The position numbers and the translations under genes are program-made. Under the pieces are notes generated by a model. That model searched no databases. It worked only from the letters and a program-made list of their open reading frames with translations, and was not told the DNA's origin. A stretch of 64,000 nucleotides of DNA from NCBI RefSeq assembly GCF_018977255.1, contig NW_024704742.1, positions 13,518,001 through 13,582,000 of the forward strand, given 5' to 3'. Source of the DNA: Callorhinchus milii. Taxonomy: Eukaryota. This document shows positions 36,490-50,200 of the stretch, piece by piece; position 1 is the stretch's first letter; each line of letters opens with the position of its first letter.

Positions 36490-39400
36490 TCCACCCCTCT
36501 ATTCCCCTCTCCCACACCCTCCCCCTCTCCATTCCGCTCTCCCACACACACTATTCCCCACTCCCACACACTCTCTATTCCCCTCTCCCACACACCCCTT
36601 TATTCCGCTCTACCAAAAAACTCTCTAATGCCGTCTCCCACACACGCTTTTATTCCCATCTCCCACACCTGTCTATTCCCCTCTCCCACAACCTCTATTC
36701 CATTCTCCCACATTCCCCTATCCCACACAACCCTCTATTCCCCTCTCGCACATCTCTCCTTCCCCTCTCCTACACCACTCTATTCCCTCTCCCACACACT
36801 CTCTAATCCCCTCCCATACACCCTTTTATTCCCCTCTTCTACAACCCTCTATTGCCCTCTCTCCCAAAAAACCCTCTTATCCCCTCTCCCACATACCCTT
36901 TTATTCCTTTTTCCCACACCTGTCTAGTCCCCTCTCCCACACACCCTTTTATTCCATTCTCTCACGCACCCATCTTTTCCCTTTTCCTACACTCCTCTGT
37001 TCCCCTCTCCCCCATACCCTCCATTCCCCTCCCACACACCCTTTTATTCCACTCTCACACACACACATCTTTTCCCCTCTCCTACACCCCTCTTTTCCTT
37101 TATTGCACACCCTCTATTCCCCTCTCCCACACCCCTCTATTCCCCACTCCCACACCCCTTTGTTCCCTTTTCACACCCCTCTATTCCACTCTCCAAAACA
37201 CCGTCGATCCCCCTCTCCCACACAGCCCTCCAATCCCCTCTCCCACACACCTGTTTATTCCCATCTCCCACACATCCCTTTCTTCCACTCTCCCACACCC
37301 CTCTATTTCGCTCTCCCACACATCCCTCTAATCCCCTCTCCCACACACCCTTTTATTTCCATCTCCCACACCCCTCTACTCTCCCACATCATTTTTCCCC
37401 CTCTCCCACACATCCATTTATTCCCCTTTCGCACACATCCCTATATTCCCCTCCTACATGCTTCTATTCCCCACTCCCACACACCCTCCATTCCCCTCTG
37501 CCACACACCCCTTTATTCCCCTCTCCCACACCCCTCTATTCCACTCTCCCAAAAAAACTTGATTCCCCTCTCTCACACAGCATCTATTCCCTCCTCCCAC
37601 ACAGCCCTTTATTCCCCTTTTGACCATACCCTTCTATTCCCCTCTCCCACACCCTTCTGTTGCCCACTCCCACACACTCTCTATTCCCCTCTCTCACACA
37701 TCCCTTTATTCCCATTTCCTACAAACCTCAATTGCACTCTCCCACTCACCCTCTATTTCGCTCTCCTACAACCCCGTATTTACTCTCCCATACCCCTCTA
37801 TTACCCTCTCCCACACACACTTCATTCCCATCTCCTACACAACCGCTATTCATCTCTCCCAAAAAAATCACCTCTCCCACACACCCTTTTACCACACCTG
37901 TCTATTCCTCTCTCCCACCACCTCTATTCTGCTCTCCCACACCCCTCTATTCCCCTCTCGCACACACACCTCTATTCCACTTCCACACACCCCTCTATGC
38001 CCATCTCCCACACACACTCTATTCCCCTCTCCCACATAGCCCTTTATTCCCCTCTCCCACATAGCCCTTTATTCCCCTCTCCCACATAATCCTTTATTCC
38101 CCTCTCCCACATACCCTCTAATTCTCTCTCACATGCACCTCCTATTCCATTATCCTATAACTCTATTCCGCTCTCCTACAGCCTTCTATTACCCTCTCCC
38201 ACACAATCACTATTCCTCTATCACAAAACACCTTCTCCTACTGCTCCCACACCCATCTGCTCCCCTTTCCCACACACCTGTTTATTCCAGTCTCCCACAC
38301 CTGTCTATTCCCCTCTCCCACAAGCTCTATTCCCCTCTCCCACACACCCCTATGTTCCACGCTCCCAAAAAAACTCTACTCCCCTCTCTCACACACTCTA
38401 TTCTCCTCTCCCACATGCTGTTTTATTCCTGTCTCCCACACTCATCTATTTCCCTCTCCCACTCCTCTCCCGCACACCACTCTATTCCACTCTCCTACAC
38501 CCCTCTATTCCGCACTCCCACACACCCTCTATTCCCCTCTCCCATACATCCTTTTATTCCCCTTTCCCACACATCCCTTTATTTCCCTCTCCCACACAGC
38601 TCTCTCATCCCCTCTCCCACTCACCCTTTTATTCCAGTCTCCCACACATGTCTATTCCCCTCTTCCACAAGCTCTATTCCCATCTCCCACACCCCTCTAT
38701 TCGCCTGTTGCACACACCCCTCTATTCCACTCTAAAAACCCTCTATTCCCCTCTCTCACATGGCATCTATTCCCCTCTCCCACATAGCCCTCTAATCCTG
38801 TCCCATACACCTGTTTATTCCCATCTCCCACAAACCCCTTTATTCCATTCTCCCACAACCCTCTATTCTGCTCTCCCACACACTGTCTATTCCCCTCTCC
38901 CACACAGTCCTCTAATCCCCTCTCCCACACACCCTTTTATTCCCGTCTCCCACACCCACCTATTCCCCACTCCCACACATCCTTTTATTCCCCTATCGCA
39001 CACACCCCTTTATTCCCCTATCGCACACAACACTCTTATCCCCTCTCCTACACCACTCTGTTCACCTCTCACACACATCCCTTTGTTCTCCTCTCCTGCA
39101 ACTCTCTATTCCCCTCTCCTATTCACCCTCTCTTGCAACCCTATCTTACCCTCTCCCACACACACTTTGTTCCTCTCTCCGACACAACCGCTATTCCTCT
39201 CTCCCACAGAAGCCCTCTAAACCCCTCTCCCATACACTTTTATTCCCCTCTCCCACATACACTCTATTTCCCCTCTCCCACATACGCTCTATTCCCCTCT
39301 CCTACACTGCTCTATTTCCCTCTCACATGCCTCTATTTCCTGCTCCCACACACCGTCTATTCCCCTTTCCCACACACCCCTTTATTCTGCTCCCCTACAG

Positions 39401-42400
39401 CTCTCTATTTCCCGCTCCCACACACCCTTTATTCTCCTCTCCCACACAACCGCTATTCCACTCTCCGAAAAAAAACCTCATTCTCCTCTCCCACACCCAT
39501 CTAATCCCTTCTCCCACACAGCCCTCTATTCCCCTCTCCTATACACCCTCTATTCCCCTCTCCCGCACACCCTTGTTTTCCCTCTCCCACACAACCGCTA
39601 TTCCTCTCTCCCAAAAAACCTTCTACTCCCCACTCCCACATCCATCTATTCCCCTCTCCCACACATCCCTTTATTCTGCTCTCCCACAATCCTCTATTCC
39701 CATCTCCCACACACCACTATTCCCCTCTCCCATACAACTGCTATTCCTCTCTCCCGAAAACCCCTTACCCACACCCATCTATTCCCCTCTCCCACACCCA
39801 TCGTTTCCGCTATCCCACACATCCCTCTATTCCCCTCTCTCACACAGTATCTATTGCCCTCAGCCACACAGCCGTCTCCCGCTTTTATTCATGATTCCCA
39901 GATCATCTATTCCCACCTCACACACACCCCTCTATTCCACTCTCACTAAAAAACCTCTATTCCCCTCTCTCACATAGCATCTATTCCCCTTTTCTACATC
40001 TTTCTATTCCCCAATCCCACACATCCTCTATTCCCCTCTCCTACAACCCTCTATTCCACTCTCCCACAACCCTCTATTCCCCTCTCCCACACCCATCTAT
40101 TCCCTTCTCCCACACAGCCCTCTAATCCCCTTTCTCACACACCCTTTTATTCCCATCTCCCACATACCTCTATTTCCTTCTCCCGCACACCCCTTTATTA
40201 GGCTCTCCCACAACCCTCTATTCCCATCTCCCACACACCATCTGTTACCCTCTCCCACACACCCCTCAATTCCCCTATCCCACACATTCTCTATTCCTCA
40301 CTACTTTCCCCCTCTATTCCACTCTCCCGCACACTCCTTTATTCCCCTCTCCCACAACCCTCTATTCCATTCTCCCACATAGCCTCTGTTTTGCTCTCCC
40401 ACACACCCTCTACTCCAATAATCTCTTATAATCCTATGTTCCCCTTTCCCAATCACCCTCTATTCTCCTCTCCCACTCACCCTTTATTACCCTCTTGCAC
40501 CCCTTTTTTCCCTCTCCCACACAACCGATATTCCTCTATCCCAAAAAACCTATTCCCTGCTCCTAAACCCACCTATTCCCCTCTCCCACACGGCTCTCTA
40601 ATTCCCCCCTACGCAACCTTTTGTTTCAGTCTCCCACAGCTGTCTATTTCCCTCTCCCACAAGCTCAATTTTCCCTCCCACACACCCCTCTGTACCCCTC
40701 TCCCACAACCTCTATGCCCCTCTCCTACAACCCTCTATTCCCCACTTCCACATGCTCTATTCCTCTCTCCCACACAACCTCTATTTCCCTTTCCCACACA
40801 CACTCTTCCCCTCTCCCACAACCTCTATTCCTGCTACCACACCCTCTATTCCCCTCTCCCACAACCTCTATTCCCAATACCACACCCTCTGTTCCCCTCT
40901 CCCACACACCTCCTATTCACATCTCCCACACTATTCCCTTTCCTACACAGCCACTGTTTCCTTCTCCCACATCCTCTTTTCCCCGCTCTCCCACACACAC
41001 TCTATTCCCCTCTTGCACACACACAGTTTTCCCCTCTCGCGCACAGCCTCTATTCCACACTCCCAAATCCTCCATTGCCGTCTAACACACACACACTATT
41101 CCCATCTCCCAAACCCTCTACTTCCCTCTCCCCCACACACTCTATTCCCCTCTCACACACCCGCTATTTCATTCTCCTACACGCCGCTCTATTGCCTTCT
41201 CCCACACACACACTCTATTCCCCTTTCCCACACACCCTATTCCACTCATCCACACATCTCTATTCCCCTCTCCTACACAACCTATTCCCCTTTCCCACAC
41301 ATCCATTAATCCCCTCTCCTACATCTTCTTTTCCCCCCTCTCCCACACACACTTTTCCCCTCTCCCACACACACTCTATTCCACACTCCCAAACACTATA
41401 TTCTCCTCTCCCACACACACCCTAGTCCCCTCTTCCGCACCCTCTATACCCCTATCTCTGACACCCTCTATTCCACTCTCCCACAGCTGCTATTCCCCTC
41501 TCCCACACCCTTCGATATCTTTCTGCCGCACCTTCTATTCCCCACTTACACAATCCCTATTATCCTCATCCATACCCATCTATTCCCCTCTTCTACATGC
41601 CCCTCTATTCCCTTCTCCCACACACCCTTTTTCCCTTTTCCCACTTATTCCCCTCTCCTACACCCATCTATTCCCCACTCATGCACCCCTCTATTCCACT
41701 CTCCCACACACCCTCTATTTCCCTCTCCCATACACCCTTTATTGCCCTCTCGGACACCCTCTTATGCCCACTCTCCCACACAATCTCTATTTTCCTCTAC
41801 CACACTCTCAATTCCCCTCTCTCCCACACCCTCTATTCCCTTCTACCATACCATCTATTCTCCTCGCCCACACACCTTCTATTCCCCTCTCCTACACCAT
41901 CTTATCCCTTCTCCTACACACCCTCTATTGCCCTCTCCAACACTCTCTATTCCCCTCTTCTACACACCGTCTATTCCCATCTCCCACACACTGTATTCCT
42001 CTTTCCTACACATCCACTATTCCCCTCTCCCACATCCTCTTTTCCCCGTGCTCCCACACACGCTTGATTTCTCTCTCCCACACACACTCTGTTCCCCTCT
42101 CCCAAACCCTCTATTCCCCTCTTCCGCACCCTTCTATATGCTTCTGCCACACCTTCTTTTCCCCTCTCCCACACGCGCCTCTATTCCCTTTCCCCACACA
42201 CCTTCTAATCCCCTCTCCCAATGCTCTTTTCCGCTCTCCTACATCCCTGTATTCCCTACTTCCACATTCCTCTGTTCACCTTTCCCACACCCCTCTATTC
42301 CCCGCTCCCACACACCCTCTCTACCGCTATGCCACACCCTCCATTCGCATCTCCCACACACCCTCTGTCCAACACCCATCTATTCCCTTCTCCCACAAAC

Positions 42401-43410
42401 CATCTATATAAAATGATCAAATAGGGAAGTTGGAAGAAATTTTTTCATGCACAGAGTAATGGGAATGTGGAAAATACTACCACAAGGAGTTTTTGAGGCA
42501 AATAGCATAGATGTATTTCAGGGAAAGCAAGATAACCTATTTCTCCCTCAACTTAGTTGAAGAAGGGCAGGAGGAGGCTCATGTGGAGCACAAACACCAG
42601 CATAGACTAGTTGGGCCGAATGGCCTGTTTCTGTGCTGTATATTCTAATGTAAACCGTTTATTCCCCTCTCCCACATACCCACTATTCCCCTTGTGCACA
42701 CTTTTATTCCCTCCTCCCAAATATCCGTTTGTTCATGTCTCTCATAGTGTCGATTCCCCTCTCTCATACAGCCCTATATTCCCCTTTCCCACACCACCTC
42801 TGTTCCCCTCTTCTACATACCCTCTAATCCCCTCTCCCACACCCATCAATATCCCTCTTCTCTTCTCTTCTCTTCTCCCACAAACACTATTCCCCACTCC
42901 CACACCCTCTGTTCCCTCCTCTCCCACACACCCTCTATTCCCCTCTCCCACACCCATCAATATCCCTCTCCCACTCTCTATTCCCCTCCATGATACATCC
43001 TCTATTGCCCTCTCCCACATACCCTCTATTCCCCTCTCCTCCACACCCTTTATTCCCCTCTCCCACACCTCTCTATTCCCTTCTCCCACACCCTCTATTC
43101 CACTCTCCCACACACCCCCTAATCCCCTCTCCCAGACACCCTCTATTTGCCTCTCCTATACCCCTGTATTCCACTCTCCCACTTTATTCCCCTCTCCCAC
43201 ACACCCTCTGTTACCCAATCGCACACACTCTATTCCCGTCTCCTAAACTCCTCTATTCCCCTCTCACACATCCATCTATTCCCCTCTTCCACACCCCTCT
43301 ATTCCCCTCTCACACACCCATCTATTCCCCTCTTCCACACCCCTCTATTCCCCTCTCCCACACTCCCTCTATTTTCTTCTCCCACAACCTCTTTTCCACT
43401 CTCCTACACC
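36490..43410. repeat. ~6.9 kb pyrimidine-rich minisatellite (CTCTATTCCCCTCTCCCACAC-like unit), interrupted by a CR1 3' end at ~42430-42650
   Basis: Directly visible diverged units. The insert ends ttgggccgaatggcctgtttctgtgctgtatattct. Confidence 0.95.
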
Positions 43411-43414
43411 TCTG

Positions 43415-43760
43415 TGATGATAAAACTCGGAAGAGACAAGGACGGGAGTTCCCTGTAGACTCTGATGGAGAAAGGAGAGGGTGGGTCCATCCCACCCAAC
43501 CCCTCCTTTCTCTGTCGGAGTCCACAGGGGCTGTATATTATCCTGTACTGTCTACACTGTGGGCAACAAGTTCATTTTGTGGCAGTCTGCAACGAGTTGT
43601 CCTACAAAAAGGTGGGGCACACTTCAAGGCAATGCCCCTCCTCCAACCGTTGTCGCCTTCGTGGGAAAGAGGGACACCTGTACAGGTGTGGCCCCAAAAG
43701 AGTGTGTAACAACTGCCCGAGTCACAGCAGCCCGAGGCCGGGAGTAGGGCACAGCATTGG
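43415..43760 (+). mobile_element. Decayed Tx1/L1-clade ORF1 (ZCCHC3-like) fragment with three CCHC zinc knuckles
   Basis: ORF 43465..43803 has one intact CX2CX4HX4C (CLHCGQQVHFVAVC) and two decayed knuckles (KKVGHTSRQC, CRLRGKEGHLYRC). Upstream KLGRDKDG and IPPNPSFL. Confidence 0.7.
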
Positions 43761-44099
43761 AGCAGCCACAGGAGGAAGAGATCCAGAAGGAGATGGAAAC
43801 TGACTACCGAATCAAATGCAAGGATTATTATTATTACCGAGTAACCTCAGCCAAGGAGGAGGAAAACATCACCTCCTGTACCCGTGACTGCTCCTATCTG
43901 GAAGAGAAGGAACACCAGGACGCCAGCAACCGGGAGTCTGGGAATGGGAATGTGGTCCGCAACCCCCAACCCAGTGAGCACAGAGGGTGCGCATGGACAG
44001 CGGCTACAGGTCCCCAAACAAACACCAACATCACAAACCAGAACAGAAGCGAGAGGTGAAAACCAACAAAACAGAGGGGAGAAACCCTGACACGAGGAT

Positions 44100-44630
44100 C
44101 TCTTTCTCATTCGCCCTCTCTCTCTCTGTCTCTCTCTCTCACACTCAGTCTCTCTCTCTCTCTCGCTCACTCAGTCTCTCTCTCTCTCTCGCTCACTCAG
44201 TCTCTCTCTCTCTCTCGCTCACTCAGTCTCTCTCTCTCTCTCGCTCACTCAGTCTCTCTCTCTCTCTCTCTCTCTCTTTCTCAAGTCTCTCTCCCTCAGT
44301 ATATCTCCATCTCTCTCTCACTCTCTCTCTCAGTCTCTCGCTAACTCAGTCTATCTCTCTCTCTCTCTCTCTCACTCTCTCTCTCTCTCTCTGTGTCTCT
44401 CAGCCTTTCTATCTCTCAGTCTCTCTCTCTCTCAGTCTCAGTATTTCTCTCTCTATCAGTCTCTCTCTGTCTCTCTCTATCTCTCTCACACAGTCTCTCT
44501 CTTTCACTCTCTCTCAGTCTCTCTCTCTCTGTCTCACTCAGTCTCTCTCCCTCTCTCTCTCGCTTTCTCAGTCTCTCTCCCTCTCAGTCTATCTCCGTCT
44601 CTCTCTCTCTCTCTCCCTCTCCCCCCCCCC
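44100..44630. repeat. Compound (TC)n microsatellite with CACTCAG spacers
   Basis: Directly visible. Confidence 0.95.
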
Positions 44631-44659
44631 ACACTGAGAGAGATGTAATGTTATAATTT

Positions 44660-44945
44660 TTTTTGAAATTATCAAAATGTGTTCAGCGGTGTGTATGAGT
44701 TCCTGTGCAGCTTTTTCAAAAAGAAATAAAATTTTAAACTATACATTTTAATCATTTAATTTTTTCAATTTTTTTTAATTTTACTAATTAAAAATTTAAA
44801 ATGGAGTATTATAAAATTTTTAAACTTATCAAACTGTGTTTAGGAGTGTGCAAGAGTTCCTGTGCAGCTTTTTCAAAAATAAATTAAATTTCAAAACTAT
44901 ACATTTTAATAATTTAATTTTTTTCAATTTTTTTTAGTTTACTGA
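44660..44945. repeat. AT-rich 157 bp tandem dimer
   Basis: gagttcctgtgcagctttttcaaaaa occurs at 44697 and 44854, with matching flanks. Confidence 0.88.
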
Positions 44946-44959
44946 TTTCAAAGCTGAAC

Positions 44960-45810
44960 AAGATAGATTACAGGAGGATTTGACCATATTTCGGAATTGG
45001 GCAAATCGATGGCAAGTGAAATTCAATGTGGAAAAATGTAATGTACTTCACATGGGGACAAAAAAAATCCAGGAAGGGACTATTATTTGAACAGAAGGAA
45101 AATAATATGTATGGAAAATGAAAAGGACCTGGGGGTTCTGATTGACAAAAAATTGAAGCGCTCGCAGCAATGCTCTGTGGCATTGAACAAAGCAAACCAG
45201 ATGTTAGGATGTATCAAAAGAAAATAGCAAGCCGAAATAGTGGTATAATCCTGACACTGTATAAATCATTGGTGAGACTGTACCTTGAATACTATGTACA
45301 GTTCTGGTCACCTCAGTATAACAAGGATATGGGAGAAATCGAGAGGATTCAGAGGAGAGTGACCAGAATGATTGAGGGAATGGAGGGACTGGACTATGAA
45401 GAGAGACTAAGTAAATTGGGCTTGTTCACACTGGAAAAAAAGATTGAGAGGACATATAATTGCTGTTTTTAAGATTCTAAAAGGGCGAGACAATATAGAT
45501 CATAACAGGCTGTTTCAACCAGTTCAGAATAGTGAAACCAAAGGACATGGTCTGGATTGAAGGGGCGTAAATTCAGAATGAATCTATGGGAACACTATTT
45601 CAGTGAGCGAATAGTAAACCTGTGGAACAGGCTCCCTAGGGAGATGGTTGAAGCAGGAAATGTTGATTCCTTCAAACACAGATTAGATAGTTTTCTTTTA
45701 GGAAAAAACATTGTGGGATATAGTACATAGGTAGCTTGGGACATTGTGCCAGGAAGGCTCACTAGATGGACCTTGGTCTTTTTTTCATCTAGCAGGTCTT
45801 ACGTTCCTGA
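44960..45810 (+). mobile_element. CR1 3' fragment (second family)
   Basis: Motifs WQVKFNVEKCNVLH, LYKSLVRLYLEYYVQFWSP and YEERLSKLGLFTLEK; 3' end gatggaccttggtcttt. Confidence 0.87.
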
Positions 45811-45959
45811 CTGACTAACTCACGCATGATCACGGACAATAGTATAACAATTATTTAATTGAGTCTCAATTTGGAAGCGGTTTCCACAATTCTGCATACT
45901 ATTAACCTTTAATTCAAAATGGTCTTACAAACTAAGACTGGGTGAAATTTCAGGCTTTA

Positions 45960-46960
45960 CATAAGAACATAAGAAATAGGAGGAGTAGGCCGTTCAGCCC
46001 CTCAAGCCTGCCCCGCCATTTAATAAGATCATGGCTGATCTAACCTAATTCAGTTTACCCGCCCTTTCCCCATATCCCGTAATCCCTTTAGTTTTTAGAA
46101 ATCTATCGATCTCAGTCTTGAATATGTTCAAGGACTGAGTATCCACAGCTTTCTGGGGTAGAATAAATTCACTATCCTCTGAGTGAAGAAATGTTTTCTC
46201 AACTCAGTTCTAAAGGGCTGACCTTTAATCCTGAAACTATGACCCCTAGTTTTAGATTCTCCAACCAGGGGAAACAGTCTCACATTATTTACCCTGTCAA
46301 AACCCTTAAGAGTCTTATAATAATAATAATAATCCTTGCATTTGATATAGCGCTTTTCATGTCAGGAGGACATCCCAAACCGCTTCACAGAACACACTGT
46401 AAAGTGAAATGACTGTATATTTGTGGGCGAACGCGGCAGCCAATTGCGCACAGCAATGTCCCGCAAACAGTTGTAGATTGAAAATGACCAATTTATTATT
46501 GTTTTTGGAGGGATTATTATTAGGTGTGTGGAGTAAGGAAACTTGCCCAAGGTTTCGCCCTGCCTGGAATTGAACTCAGGTCTCTCACTTGCAAAGCGAG
46601 TGCTCTAACCACTGAGCTACAGGACTCCACAGGTTATAGGTTTCTATAAGATCACCTCTAATTCTTCTATATTCTAGAGAATATAGGCCTAGTTTACTCA
46701 GCCTCTCATCTTAGGTCAACTCCCTCATCCCAGGAACCAACCTAGTGAACCTACGTTACACCCCCTCTAAGGCGAGTATATCCTTTCTTAGATAAGGAGA
46801 CCAAAACTGCACACCAGGTGCGGTCTCACCAAGGCCCTATACAATTGCAATAAGATTTCCCTACTCTTGTACTCTAACCCCTTTACAATAAACGCTAACA
46901 TGCTATTAGCCTTTCTAATTGTTTGCTGTACCTGCATACTAACTTTCTTTAGATATGAAA
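45960..46960 (-). mobile_element. CR1 3' fragment with a full-length young SINE (-) at ~46318-46629
   Basis: Tail acataagaacataagaaataggaggagtaggcc; KANSMLAFIVKGLEYKSRE; the SINE is complete from tRNA head to (ATT)n. Confidence 0.88.
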
Positions 46961-46964
46961 GGTA

Positions 46965-49900
46965 AGAACATAAGAATTTTCTTGGCCAAAGAAGACCAAG
47001 GTCCATCCAGTTCACCTTCCACCATCCTGGCAGTTTCTTGACCGGTCGGGTCCCAAACTATATACTGTATCCTGAGATATTATTTTCCAGCAGAAACTAT
47101 TTAATTTGTTCTTGAAACAAATAACATTTTCTGCTTCCTTGTCTCCTAGGAAGCCTGTTCCATAAGTTTACTATTCACTTACTACTACTGTTCAATACAA
47201 GATAAAATAGTTTATCAGTTTATCACAATCTATTCCCTTCAGAATCAAGATTGCAATCATATCACCCCTCAACCTTCTCTTCTCCAGTGTGAACATGCCC
47301 AGTTTATCTAATCATTCTTCGTTGTCCAGTCTCTCCATCCCCTCAATCATTTTGGTTGCCCTCCTCTGCTGCAAAATCCTTTTTATATTGTGGTGACCAG
47401 AATTACACACAGTGATTTATAAATTGGCAGGATTACCCCACTATTTTGGCTCAATATTGTCCTTTTGATACAGCCTAGCATCTGGTTTGCCTTACTCACT
47501 GCTACCAAGCACTGTTGGGATAGCTCCAATTTATCAGGATCCCCAGGTCCTTTTCATTTTACCATTTAAATAACAGTACCTTCCTGGATTTTCTTGTCCC
47601 CATGTGAAGCACTTTGTATTTATCTACATTAAGTTTCATCTGCCATTGATCTGCCCAATTCCCAAGAATGTTCAATACCTTTTTTTAAAAAAAAGTAACA
47701 TCTGCCTTTCCCCAGTCACCACTCCAGTATCCAGTGATTTCTGAAGGATTTGTGCAATTTCCTTCTACCTTAATTTGTACAGTTGTTTGGCAACCATTCG
47801 GGTAGTGATATGTATTGTATCATAACTTGCCTCTGCAACACCACCGAGTTCTCTTTTCAGATCCAATAACCCCTCTTTACTAAAAAGTGAGACAAAAAAC
47901 ATACTTTGTACTTCTGCAACTTGGGTAGCATTATTTGTCATATTTTCAGCTGATATGACTTTCTATTTTATCCCTCATTTTTCTCTTAGTGTAAAAGAAA
48001 AATTATATTGTTATCCTTGCCATGTTCAGTTCAAAAATTTTCTTTGCCATTCTGATACCCGTTTTACAATCCTGGCATGCCTTCTGGTAATGAGTCAATT
48101 TTTCCGCTGTGCCATTTTGTTCATGGTCTTAGATGCCTTTTTTTCCTCTACGAGTTATTTTGTGCCCATTCAACTAGGCAGAAGTGCCCTTAAGATGGGT
48201 AATTTTGCTTTGCATGGGTACGCATTGGTCCATTGCATTCTGAATCACATCCTTGAATGAGCTCCATAGTTCCTCTGCTCCCTTAGCCATGTTTAAACCT
48301 GCCAGGCCGACTCTGACAAGACTTCACAATTGCATAATTTAGTCTTAAAATTTGGCAACTTTGTTTTTATATCCTTACCAATCCATGTAATACCAAATGT
48401 GGTAACATTATGATCACTATTGCTTAATCCCTCACCCACCTTTGTGTTGGAGATTTGATTATCCTGATTACTCATAACCTAATCCAAAATGTTATTTCCC
48501 CTTGTTGGTTCCTTTACAAACTGAGTCATAAAACACTTCTTTTAACTCTAGAAATTCCTTCTGTATCTTACCAGTAGACATTAACATTCCAATCAATTCC
48601 TGGTCAGTTAAAATTTCCAACTGTTACGGTTGGTCCCTTACTAGTCACCTTCCTTATCTCATCCCAGACTTCCAGATCAAGGCTGTCACCCTGGTTTAGG
48701 GGTCTATAGCAAACACCCAATAATAGTTTACCTCTATTGCCATCTATTAATTCTACCCAAAGTGATTCTGAGGCTGCCCTCTTCGTTTTTTATATCCTCC
48801 CTCACTTGTGCCTCAATACTGGAGTGAATATAAACTTTAGCTATATATATTAAGGTAATAATAAATATTTAAAGTTAAGAGATAGAGAGAGAGATAGAGA
48901 TTTATAGCCACATCACCTCCTCTTTTCCCGATAGGCTCCCTCCTAAACGGTGTGAATCCTTCCAGATTTGTATTCCATTGATTGGAATCATTCCACCATT
49001 AATTCTAATGATGCTAATAATGTGCAATCTGTGGCCTCTTCAAGACCTTCCAGGTGGCAGATCTTGTTGGCCAGACTTCTTGCATTAATACAAGCACAGT
49101 TCCATTGTCTGTTGCTTTTCCCCTTTATTTTGTTAGTATCATTAGTTTCATTTTCTTCCACTAATGGAGGTGGATCTGTTATACTTTGGTTTATGCTTCC
49201 ATTGGTATACTTTAAGGTTTTGCCTAATTGGTTCAGGTGCTCTCTTAAAGCTACTGAAACCACCCCTGTGTAAACATACCCTTACCAAACTCTCTATCCT
49301 GCCTGCCAACATCTCCACCACATTTTGTTCAGGTGGAACCCATCTGGTCTGTATAGGTGCCCCAATTCCAAAAGGTGCTCCACTGTCCGAGGAACTTAAA
49401 ACCTGATTCCCTGCACTATGCTTTAGCCATGCATTGGACTGCCTTATTGCCCTCTATTTCTCCTCACTAGCACGCTGGTATTGGGAGTAATTCTGAAAAA
49501 AACTACACTTGAGGTCTTTCCCTTTAGCTTCCTTCCTAATAGCCCTGAATTTAGCATGTAGGACTTCTGGCCTACTTCTGTTATTTCTTCCTACACGGAT
49601 GATCACGATTGGTTCCTTACCCGCTTCAAGCATTTTGTCAACCCAGGATGTCAGATCCTGAACTTGTGCACTCAGGAGTCAAGTTAATATTCAATTTTCT
49701 GGATAAGGTTTGCACAGAATTCTGTCTGTAAACCGAATCATCGAATCCCCCAAAACAACTTGTCTGGTTTTCTTTCTCTTTTCCCCTCCTTCTCTGATAG
49801 GCTGCTGGACAGTCTTGAGGATGACACATCCTTGCCTTTCTCAGCCAGCTCTTCAGTTTTCATATTGCCTCTCTCCAGATGAAACTGTTTGAGAGCACCA

Positions 49901-50200
49901 GGGATGCCTGCTCCTGCCTCATTACCTGACCACGACTTCCGGAGCCTTTTTTTTAAAAAAGAGACCCACCACCTCTTTTAGGTACTGGGGACTCCTCCTA
50001 CTCTGCTTCGTCTCCTTTAATAAAAATAAAAATAATAAAAATCTCATCCTCTCTTATACTTTGATGCGTGGCCAGTCACTCACTAAGACTAACCATTTCA
50101 GCCTTGAGTGCATTGACCAGTTTGCAGTTGTTGCAAATGAATCTCTCTACAACCTGGGATTGGAAGTAACCTAACATCTGTTACTTTATCCATACTGCTG
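46965..50200 (-). mobile_element. Long decayed CR1 with ORF1 remnant, endonuclease and partly deleted RT
   Basis: 3' end resembles the 44960-45810 family. Minus-strand motifs LSNSDHNVTTF and CINARSLANK. Esterase-like ORF1 traces (DGFHLNK) near 49330 and a Cys-rich trace near 50120. Confidence 0.75.

Noticed and set aside
36387..43400. Pro/Ser/His-rich ORFs up to 344 aa resembling extensins or mucins
   Set aside because: Translations of the C/T-rich minisatellite, open in overlapping frames.
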